NCBI GenBank assembly: GCA_024685565.1
Contig: JAIKVQ010000182.1
Location: 11,672 to 75,671 of the forward strand
From: Bacillota bacterium
GTDB taxonomy: Bacteria; Bacillota; Clostridia; UBA1381
DNA length: 64,000 nt
Direction of reading: 5' to 3'
The notes below the pieces were generated by a model. It searched no databases. It had not been told where the DNA came from and saw only the letters and a list, made by a program, of their open reading frames with translations. The position numbers and the translations under genes were made by a program. Positions 42,721-50,354 of this stretch are shown here, piece by piece. How positions within the stretch are numbered: position 1 is the first letter of the stretch; each line of letters starts with the position of its first letter.

Positions 42721-44475
42721 TTATAGTAGTAATTCTTTTAGCTTGTCTTTTAATTTGCCTTGCCTTTTTTCAACAAATGCCAAGAAATTATCGTATGTAT
42801 AATCCATGTCGGGCAAATAATGAGTTTCTCTATATTGCTTTTTAGCTTCGTCACTCTTGTTGTGGCTTTCAAACCAAATTTCAAAATCCGTATTGCTTTT
42901 TTCTTCGTTGGGTCTTGCCGCCAATAACTGCAAATTACTAATGTCATTTACGGCGTAAATGTATGCATCAATCTGGTCTTCCGCAACACCTACACTTAAG
43001 AGGTATTCTTTTGTAAATTTGCTCTTCGGATACATATGGTCAATATGGAATTCGTTGTTATAATCCAAAGAATCATATAGCAACATCATTGTTGACAACG
43101 TCTCGCCATTCCCATACCTCGTTTTAAGCAAATGTTCATTAATATCATCTTCGGTAAACGAAATTGATTTGTTTGTGCCTTTAAACCTGTCAATAATAGC
43201 ATCAATCGGAAATTCGTCTGTCCCGTTGTTTTTGATTATTTCTCTGATGGGACGCAAAACATTGTCGGGCTGTCCGCTGAAAGCTCTCTGAAGCAAGGAG
43301 CGTATGAGCCATTTTTTAATCTTCGCTCTATTGTCTGCTGTTTTGTCGGAGTCTATAAAATTGTCGGGCATCCCTATCATCATAAGGTAATATGCAATTG
43401 GTATTATTGCATTATTTGCAGGTAGTGTATATTTTGAATAACCAAAAGATGAAACCAAGTTTATGGCTTGACGGATTGCTTTTTTTATCGTATCCCACTT
43501 TGCCTCAATTTTCATCATATTCGGTTTGTTGAAATTATCGACCTTAAATGCAATATTCGGAAAATCACTTAAAACGAGGGACGCTTTCAAAACAAAATCT
43601 TTATTCACGCTAAATCCCTGCCCAATTTCATTGACAGAATCAACAAAAGCTGTGATTTCTTCTCTTGCATCATGAGTTTCCCACTGTGCAGAAGCTATTG
43701 ATAACAGCAAGTCCGAATAACTCAAAACCGTACCGCCGCTGTTTACTCTAATAAAAATATTGAGAACTTTATCCAACTCTTCGGATTTTTCTTTATAATA
43801 GCTTATTGTTCCCGAAACAAAAATCACGTTGAACAGTTTTGAAAGCGTATTAATAGCAAAGTTTACCTGCTCTTTAGTATAATGGTTTGTTTCTGAAAAC
43901 GTAACATTTTCATTGATATATTTCATTGTATCCCCAATTTCCTTCATATTGAGGATTTCACCAACCTCAAACCAATATGATGTATTATCGTTCACGACTT
44001 CTGATGGAACTTTAAAATCAAAATCGTAAAGGTTAGATTCATCATTTGCAGGGGCAACAATATTCAAATACAGTTTTCTTACAGGATATGCATTATCGCT
44101 ATTTTTCTTTTTATATTTTTGTTTATATGCGTATGAGCCTTTAAGACCTACATACAAGGATGTAAGCCTTTGCTGTCCGTCCAAAACAGCCACCACGCCA
44201 TCTGAGCCTTTTAAATCTGCCTTTTGATTGTGGGTAGCTGTTTTTTCGTGATAGTTTTTTAGAAATTCGTAAAAATCATAGTTGCAAAGCTTATCTTTGC
44301 TGATTTCCCAAAACAAAAACGCACCTATAGGATAGTCCTGCATCAAACTATCAAATAGCGTTTCAATTTGAGAAGTGTCCCACACATACTCTCTCTGTAT
44401 GGAGGGAAGAACATACCTGTTCGTTGAAATGTCATTTACAACTTCCGCAACGGTAAGCGGTGTTTCATACGCCAT
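42721..44475 (-). CDS. GmrSD-like Type IV restriction enzyme (DUF262 ParB-like NTPase + DUF1524 His-Me nuclease)
   Basis: N-terminal YVLPSIQREYVWD...FLFW and GQQRLTS. C-terminal FHIDHMYPKS...NLQLL...N. ATG 44475 after AGAGG; the track extension is rejected. Confidence 0.8.
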   Translation of the reverse strand: MAYETPLTVAEVVNDISTNRYVLPSIQREYVWDTSQIETLFDSLMQDYPIGAFLFWEISKDKLCNYDFYEFLKNYHEKTATHNQKADLKGSDGVVAVLDGQQRLTSLYVGLKGSYAYKQKYKKKNSDNAYPVRKLYLNIVAPANDESNLYDFDFKVPSEVVNDNTSYWFEVGEILNMKEIGDTMKYINENVTFSETNHYTKEQVNFAINTLSKLFNVIFVSGTISYYKEKSEELDKVLNIFIRVNSGGTVLSYSDLLLSIASAQWETHDAREEITAFVDSVNEIGQGFSVNKDFVLKASLVLSDFPNIAFKVDNFNKPNMMKIEAKWDTIKKAIRQAINLVSSFGYSKYTLPANNAIIPIAYYLMMIGMPDNFIDSDKTADNRAKIKKWLIRSLLQRAFSGQPDNVLRPIREIIKNNGTDEFPIDAIIDRFKGTNKSISFTEDDINEHLLKTRYGNGETLSTMMLLYDSLDYNNEFHIDHMYPKSKFTKEYLLSVGVAEDQIDAYIYAVNDISNLQLLAARPNEEKSNTDFEIWFESHNKSDEAKKQYRETHYLPDMDYTYDNFLAFVEKRQGKLKDKLKELLL

Positions 44476-44501
44476 AACAATACCTCTTTCTCTTTGTATA
44501 A

Positions 44502-44777
44502 TTAAATTTCTCTTCTTTCTACAAACCATCTGCCGATTACATTTCCCGTCAGGTTTGTACTTCTTTCAAAAAATAAATAACTCTGTATTCCATTAACATA
44601 TATCGTATATCGGTCACCCTGACCTCCTGCTTTCATAGCGGCGGCTTGACAAATGTTTGTCACTTTGTCAATCGGGTATTTCGTGCCGTCCTCCCAAACG
44701 AGGAGCTTGGGTATCATCCGTCCGTCCTCATCGAAGGAAGCGTTGACCGCAACATAAACCTTCGCATCCATTTTCAT
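44502..44777 (-). CDS. hypothetical protein (91 aa) downstream of ImmA
   Basis: ATG overlaps the ImmA stop; GGAGAGGA SD. Confidence 0.55.
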   Translation of the reverse strand: MKMDAKVYVAVNASFDEDGRMIPKLLVWEDGTKYPIDKVTNICQAAAMKAGGQGDRYTIYVNGIQSYLFFERSTNLTGNVIGRWFVERREI

Positions 44778-45331
44778 CAAAAATCCTCTCCACCGTCTAC
44801 GGCGTTTTTCAGCCAGTTGCTTTGCGTATAAACAGGAAAAACGCCTATTTTATATCCTTTCCACTTCATGACACGAAACTTGAAATCAAGAAGCTCGAAA
44901 GGAACACGCATATCAAGTGCCGCCTGAAAAAAGGTGGTATCTTCATTTAATGTTGTATATACATCTTCGTCCTTGAGCAGAAGCTCTGCCGCAAAAATGT
45001 TAGCTTCGTTTTCACGTTCCGAATTCAAATTAAACATATTGAAATCGTGAAAATCTCTCACCCCTGCAATATTCTTGTGCAGAACGGCGTGTCCAAGCTC
45101 GTGCGAACATATAACACGCTGAAGCTCATAGGAGAGATTGTTATTTATTACGATGCATCGGATACGGCTTTGAGGCAAAAAGAAGCCTTTACAAGAATCA
45201 GCATCTTTTCCCATATCTTTATATAATACGGAAATGCCCATGTCCTTGCATAATTGGAAAGGGTCGGTCTCGGCATATTGCCGTTTAACTTTTTCTACTG
45301 CTTCGCAAATAGACCCATAGTACATTCGCAT
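44777..45331 (-). CDS. ImmA/IrrE-family metallopeptidase
   Basis: HELGHAVLH zinc motif. Directly downstream of the XRE repressor. Confidence 0.8.
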   Translation of the reverse strand: MRMYYGSICEAVEKVKRQYAETDPFQLCKDMGISVLYKDMGKDADSCKGFFLPQSRIRCIVINNNLSYELQRVICSHELGHAVLHKNIAGVRDFHDFNMFNLNSERENEANIFAAELLLKDEDVYTTLNEDTTFFQAALDMRVPFELLDFKFRVMKWKGYKIGVFPVYTQSNWLKNAVDGGEDF

Positions 45332-45385
45332 CAAAACCACCTCCCATTCATAGTATAAATTATTTACTGTCCCAAAAAACGGACA

Positions 45386-45817
45386 TCAATTTTTCTTGCG
45401 ACCGAACTTCTTTTTCGCTTGTTCCTTACATTCGAGATAAGCCGCCATAACCGCCTCAAAGTATGCGTCCTTTGTTTCCTGTGGAATCTCTCCACCTGCA
45501 AACAGGGCGTTGTTCTTTTCCATGAGGAAATCAATCTCACGAGCCGCTTTTGCTCCTAAACGTTCCCTGACCTCATCTACATACGGCTCTTTTTCCAAGC
45601 CATAGGTAGGGTCGTCTATTTCATCTCTTTTTAAGTAATCAATTGAAACTTGAAGTGCAGATGCAAGTTTTCTCATGGTGCTTTGACGAGGTTTTACATC
45701 TACGGTTTCATAAGTTGCGATTGTTCTTTTAGACACTCCAACGAGGTCTGCAAGCTCTTGTTGATTTAAACCCAACAGGTCTCTCGCATCTTTTACTTTT
45801 TCAGAAAACGTCTTCAT
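45386..45817 (-). CDS. XRE-family repressor (CI-like)
   Basis: LGLNQQELADLVGVSKRTIATYE HTH. Partner of ImmA. Confidence 0.8.
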   Translation of the reverse strand: MKTFSEKVKDARDLLGLNQQELADLVGVSKRTIATYETVDVKPRQSTMRKLASALQVSIDYLKRDEIDDPTYGLEKEPYVDEVRERLGAKAAREIDFLMEKNNALFAGGEIPQETKDAYFEAVMAAYLECKEQAKKKFGRKKN

Positions 45818-45874
45818 TTGTATTCTCTCCTTTCGTGTAACTTCACTAAAAATTCACTAAATTCATTTTTAGTA

Positions 45875-45903
45875 TTGACAAACTTCATTTTCGGTGTTAT
45901 AAT
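45875..45903 (+). promoter_or_regulatory. perfect consensus promoter, rightward (early/lytic)
   Basis: TTGACA 45875-45880, 17 nt, TATAAT 45898-45903. The spacer begins AACTTCATTT. Confidence 0.7.
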
Positions 45904-45931
45904 TAAATGCAGTTGATGAAGTTACAATCAC

Positions 45932-45960
45932 ATTATAACCGACAAAACTTCATTTGTCAA
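45932..45960 (-). promoter_or_regulatory. perfect consensus promoter, leftward (repressor operon)
   Basis: Minus strand: TTGACA (45960-45955), 17 nt, TATAAT (45937-45932). The spacer begins AATGAAGTTTT. Confidence 0.7.
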
Positions 45961-46021
45961 TACTTTTTGCAAAAAAAAGTGAAGTTTTGAATGAATTTGT
46001 CGAAAAGAGGTAGAAAAAGCT

Positions 46022-47257
46022 ATGGAAAGAGTAATATTGCACAGCGATATGAACTGCTTTTATGCTTCGGTGGAAATGATGCTAAACCCCACCCTGCGAG
46101 GCAAAGCTGTCGCTGTTTGCGGTGCTACCGAGGACAGGCACGGCATTGTACTTGCCAAATCCGAACTCGCAAAAAAAGCAGGTGTCAAAACGGGTATGGT
46201 GAATTGGGAAGCGCAACGGGTATGCCCCGACCTTATACTTGTGCCGCCGCATTACGACCAATACTTGAAATTCTCGAAGCTCGCTCATCAGATTTATTAT
46301 AGGTATACAGATTTGGTGGAGCCTTTCGGAATGGACGAGTGTTGGCTCGACATCAGCGGCTCGTCTGTTTTCGGAACAGGGCTTGAGGTAGCCGAAGAAA
46401 TCCGCAAAAGCATGAGAGAAGAACTTGGCTTGACTGTTTCCGTAGGTGTTTCCTTTAATAAGATATTTGCCAAGCTCGGAAGCGACATGAAGAAACCCGA
46501 TGCCATAACCGTCATAAACAAGGAGGATTTCAAAGAAAAAGTGTGGCGGCTTCCCGTGTCCGACCTGTTATATGTTGGACGAGCCACCACTCACAAGCTC
46601 GAAAGGTATGGCATTATGACAATCGGACAGCTTGCTTCGCTTGAGCCGAAAATCCTGAAGGGATGGTTTGGTGTCAACGGACTGAAGCTGTGGCAGTACG
46701 CAAACGGCACGGATATGTCGCAGGTCATGCAAAAGGATTATGTCTCGCCCATAAAATCAATCGGGCATGGGACAACCTGTATAGCCGACCTTGAAACACC
46801 TGACGAAGTATGGAAGGTTACGCTTGCGCTTTCGCAGGATATCGGGCAAAAGCTCCGTGTCCACGACCTTGAAGCAAAAGGCGTACAAATCACTATTCGT
46901 ACCAACGACCTTTATTTCAGGCAATATCAAGGTCAGTTGGAAGCACCGAGTCAGAACGCAGGTGAACTTGCAAACATGGCTTTTTCTATCTTAAGGCAAA
47001 AACACACTTGGAGCGCACCCATACGGGCGGTTACTGTCCGAGCCATCAACTTACGACCGAAAGCACGAAATGTGCAGTTAGACCTTTTCAATGATGCCGA
47101 GAAAAGAGAACGAATGGAGCGGCTTGATAAGGCGATGGACGAAATAAAGCGCAGGTTTGGAAAACAAAGCGTTTTCCCTGCGGCTCTTATGGGCGAAAAC
47201 AAAATGCCGCAACCGAGGGATGTCGAAATTATTATGCCTGGACTTATGTATGTATGA
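46022..47257 (+). CDS. Y-family DNA polymerase (DinB/UmuC-like)
   Basis: ILHSDMNCFYASVEM..., SVGVSFNKIFAKLGSDMKKPD. 411 aa. Confidence 0.85.
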   Translation: MERVILHSDMNCFYASVEMMLNPTLRGKAVAVCGATEDRHGIVLAKSELAKKAGVKTGMVNWEAQRVCPDLILVPPHYDQYLKFSKLAHQIYYRYTDLVEPFGMDECWLDISGSSVFGTGLEVAEEIRKSMREELGLTVSVGVSFNKIFAKLGSDMKKPDAITVINKEDFKEKVWRLPVSDLLYVGRATTHKLERYGIMTIGQLASLEPKILKGWFGVNGLKLWQYANGTDMSQVMQKDYVSPIKSIGHGTTCIADLETPDEVWKVTLALSQDIGQKLRVHDLEAKGVQITIRTNDLYFRQYQGQLEAPSQNAGELANMAFSILRQKHTWSAPIRAVTVRAINLRPKARNVQLDLFNDAEKRERMERLDKAMDEIKRRFGKQSVFPAALMGENKMPQPRDVEIIMPGLMYV

Positions 47258-47291
47258 TTATCAGAGAAATTGGACTTGTGGAGGTAGATAG

Positions 47292-47462
47292 ATGACAGTT
47301 TCGATTGTCTGCCCCACCTGTGGAAGCCGTCTTTGTGATGCAAATTCGCAGGTGGTTGTAAGGACTAAAATCACAAAAGGAAAAAGGAATACCGAGAATC
47401 CTGCCGACTACTACATAAAATGTTGGAAATGCAAGACAACGGTCGGAATTAAAAAGGATTAA
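47292..47462 (+). CDS. small Cys-rich zinc-ribbon protein (56 aa, below the track cutoff)
   Basis: Hand translation MTVSIVCPTCGSRLCDANSQVVVRTKITKGKRNTENPADYYIKCWKCKTTVGIKKD. GAGGTAG SD. Confidence 0.55.
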   Translation: MTVSIVCPTCGSRLCDANSQVVVRTKITKGKRNTENPADYYIKCWKCKTTVGIKKD

Positions 47463-47526
47463 GAATTTGTACTTCGTACAGAGCACGATGCGAGCCGTGA
47501 AAAATCACGGTTAAAACGGACATACG

Positions 47527-47575
47527 AGCCTGACAAGTAGCTGTATAGCTATGCTTGTCAGGCTCTTTTGTTTTT
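47527..47575 (+). terminator. strong rho-independent terminator
   Basis: AGCCTGACAAG(47527-47537)/CTTGTCAGGCT(47554-47564) plus CTTTTGTTTTT. Confidence 0.8.
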
Positions 47576-47620
47576 CAGCTACTTGTTCAGGCTCCGAAAT
47601 AAGAAAGGAGCCGAAAGGTA

Positions 47621-48025
47621 ATGAAAATCAAATATCAATTTGTAAATGAAACTACAGAAATTGAGGTATCGGATGATTGGGGTGCTATATTAATAGACCT
47701 CGACAAACACGAATTCAACAATAATCGAAAGGAAACGAGAAGGCACTTGCCGATTGACACCCTCATATTCGAGGGTGAAAAGTATGGCGCAGAGGACGAT
47801 AATTTATTATCTATCAACGGCAGGAATGAGATGGAAATATTGATTCACGAAGCAATCGACAGCCTAACCCCTGACCAAAAAGACCTTATTCAAAAAATAT
47901 ATTTTGAAGATTGGAGCGTAATCGAATACGCCGAAATGCTCGGTGTTATGCCATCTGCGGTATCCCACAGATTAATTAGAGCAAGAAAAAAATTAAAAAA
48001 ATTTTTAACAGACCGTCAGTTTTGA
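47621..48025 (+). CDS. sigma-70-family protein (region 4 only)
   Basis: LTPDQKDLIQKIYFEDWSVIEYAEMLGVMPSAVSHRLIRARKKLKKFL. Confidence 0.6.
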   Translation: MKIKYQFVNETTEIEVSDDWGAILIDLDKHEFNNNRKETRRHLPIDTLIFEGEKYGAEDDNLLSINGRNEMEILIHEAIDSLTPDQKDLIQKIYFEDWSVIEYAEMLGVMPSAVSHRLIRARKKLKKFLTDRQF

Positions 48026-48080
48026 CCCTTTCCCGTGGCTATATAGTGAAGGGCATAAAAAAATCCGTCCTTCGGAAAGG

Positions 48081-48281
48081 ATGAAAAACATGAAACACAA
48101 TCTGAAAATCAGTGTTTCAAAGAAGCCCGTTAACGGTGGCGTGGTAGCCTTCCGACAGGTGAAGGTGCGAGAGCGATTGCTTCGTTTCTTGCTCGGCAAG
48201 CCCATAAAGCTGACCATCCTCGTCCCAGGGGACACCGTTGAGGAGCTTGCTATCAGCGAAGTTGGAGGTGGTGCGGTATGA
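48081..48281 (+). CDS. hypothetical protein (66 aa)
   Basis: ORF with coupled downstream gene. Confidence 0.45.
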   Translation: MKNMKHNLKISVSKKPVNGGVVAFRQVKVRERLLRFLLGKPIKLTILVPGDTVEELAISEVGGGAV

Positions 48282-48610
48282 GCAGAGTGAAACTACTCCT
48301 TGATGTGATTTCCGACCTGCGCTCCCTTGCTGATAGCGTGGAGGCGGTTGCAAATGCAATGGCTGACCCCGATGCGCCTGTGACCGAGCCGAAAAAGGAA
48401 ACCGCTCCGAAGCCGAAAGCGGAAGCTAAAACCGAAACGGTGGAATTCGAGAAGCTGTTTGAGGTTTTGAAAAAGCTCTCGGAGGACGGCTTCAGAGCAG
48501 AGGTCAAGGCACTACTTACAAAGTACGGTGTTCCGAAGTTGAGCGAACTCCCGAAGGAAAAGTATGCGGCGGTGCTTGCCGAAGCGGAGGAAATCAGGAA
48601 TGGGAACTAA
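48278..48610 (+). CDS. hypothetical protein (110 aa)
   Basis: ORF, Lys/Glu/Pro-rich centre; overlaps neighbours by a few nt. Confidence 0.5.
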   Translation: MSRVKLLLDVISDLRSLADSVEAVANAMADPDAPVTEPKKETAPKPKAEAKTETVEFEKLFEVLKKLSEDGFRAEVKALLTKYGVPKLSELPKEKYAAVLAEAEEIRNGN

Positions 48611-49733
48611 AAAACACGCTGTCCTTTCCGCTTCCGCATCGCACAGGTGGCTGAATTGCACTCCGTCCGCAAGGCTCGAACTCGAATTTGAGGACAGAGA
48701 AACCGAAGCCGCCGCAGAAGGAACTGCCGCACACGCACTTTGTGAGCATAAGCTGAAACGTGCTTTGAAGCAAAGGTCGAAAAAACCTGTGTCGCAGTAC
48801 GACTGTGACGAGATGGACGAGTATACGGACGGGTATGTGGCTTTCGTCTTGGAGCAATACACCGAGGCGCAGGAAACCTGTCCGCACCCGACCATACTTA
48901 TTGAACAGCGGCTCGACTTTTCAAAGTATGTAGAGGACGGCTTCGGAACGGGCGATTGCCTCATCATTGCAGACCGCAAGCTCCATGTCATTGACTTTAA
49001 ATACGGTCAGGGCGTTTTAGTGGAAGCGGAAAACAATCCGCAGATGATGCTTTATGCTCTCGGCGCATTGGATATGTACGACTGCCTCTACGATATTGAC
49101 GAGGTTTCGATGACTATTTATCAGCCTCGCCGTGAGAACATCAGCACATGGACGATTGATGCAAAAGCACTCTATGATTGGGCAGAAAACACACTAAAGC
49201 CGAAAGCCGAGCTTGCTTTCAAAGGTGAAGGCGATTACTGCAGTGGTGATTGGTGTACCTTCTGCAAGGCAAAGGTGAACTGCCGTGCGAGAGCCGAGGA
49301 AAAGCTGAAGCTCGCACAGTACGAATTCAAACTGCCGCCGCTACTCACCGATGATGAAATTGAGGAAATCCTGACAAAGCTCGATGACCTGACAAAATGG
49401 GCAAATGAGATAACCGCTTATGCGCAGGATGCCGCACTTAATCACGGAAAGCAGTGGCACGGCTTCAAAGTGGTCGAAGGTCGTTCCAACCGAAAGTATG
49501 CTGACGAGGGAGCCGTTATCGAAGCGGCACAGGCGGCAGGATACAAGGACATCTTCAAAACAAGCCTTATCACCATTACGGAAATGGAAAAGCTCATGGG
49601 CAAACAGAACTTTGCCGACATTCTCGGTGCGCTTATTATTAAGCCGCCTGGGAAACCGACACTTGTCCCTATCACAGACAAGCGTCCTGCAATAACAAAA
49701 GAAAAACCCGAAAACGAATTTGATGAAATTTAG
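48600..49733 (+). CDS. DUF2800-type PD-(D/E)xK (Cas4-like) nuclease
   Basis: MGTKKHAVLSASASHRWLNCTPS..., DFKYGQG, C-terminal Cys cluster CSGDWCTFCKAKVNC. ATG 48600 after GAGGAA. Confidence 0.7.
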   Translation: MGTKKHAVLSASASHRWLNCTPSARLELEFEDRETEAAAEGTAAHALCEHKLKRALKQRSKKPVSQYDCDEMDEYTDGYVAFVLEQYTEAQETCPHPTILIEQRLDFSKYVEDGFGTGDCLIIADRKLHVIDFKYGQGVLVEAENNPQMMLYALGALDMYDCLYDIDEVSMTIYQPRRENISTWTIDAKALYDWAENTLKPKAELAFKGEGDYCSGDWCTFCKAKVNCRARAEEKLKLAQYEFKLPPLLTDDEIEEILTKLDDLTKWANEITAYAQDAALNHGKQWHGFKVVEGRSNRKYADEGAVIEAAQAAGYKDIFKTSLITITEMEKLMGKQNFADILGALIIKPPGKPTLVPITDKRPAITKEKPENEFDEI

Positions 49734-49747
49734 GAGGATATGTAATC

Positions 49748-50293
49748 ATGGCAAATCAGAAAAATACAAAAGTTGTAACAGGTGTCGTAAGACTTTCTTA
49801 TGCAAATGTATGGGAGCCGAAAGCCGTAAACGGAGGCGATGAAAAATACTCGGTTTCCCTCATCATCCCGAAAACCGATAAAAAGACTATTGCAGACATC
49901 GAAAAAGCGATTGACATCGCTATCGAAGAAGGCAAAGGCAAATTCGGCGGCAAGACCCCGAACAAGGCGGCTCTGAAACTTCCGCTCCGTGACGGTGACA
50001 TTGAGCGTGACGATGAAGCGTACAAGGACAGCTACTTTGTGAACGCAAACTCCAAAACCGCTCCGCAGATAGTTGACGGCAAGGTACAGAAAATCCTTGA
50101 CCGCAATGAAGTATATAGCGGCTGTTATGCGAGGGTGTCCATTACATTTTACGCTTTCAACTCCAACGGCAATAAGGGTATTGCCTGTGGGCTTGGTAAT
50201 ATTCAGAAGGTATCGGACGGTGAGCCTCTCGGCGGCAGAAGCAATGCAGAGGACGATTTCACCTCATTGGAGGACGAGGACTTTTTGATGTGA
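49748..50293 (+). CDS. DUF2815-type phage ssDNA-binding-like protein
   Basis: VTGVVRLSYANVWEPKA...KYSVSLIIPKTDKKT pattern. Neighbour of the DUF2800 gene and PolA. Confidence 0.6.
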   Translation: MANQKNTKVVTGVVRLSYANVWEPKAVNGGDEKYSVSLIIPKTDKKTIADIEKAIDIAIEEGKGKFGGKTPNKAALKLPLRDGDIERDDEAYKDSYFVNANSKTAPQIVDGKVQKILDRNEVYSGCYARVSITFYAFNSNGNKGIACGLGNIQKVSDGEPLGGRSNAEDDFTSLEDEDFLM

Positions 50294-50354
50294 CGGATTT
50301 TAATGCTGTGGCGGTGAGCTTCACGCTTGCCGCCAACGGCAGAAAGGAAAAGCA

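Noticed and set aside
45991-46302. 103-aa ORF overlapping the 5' end of the Y-family polymerase gene
   Set aside because: It is out of frame with a strongly supported gene, has an Arg/Cys-rich odd composition, and starts inside the switch region with no SD.
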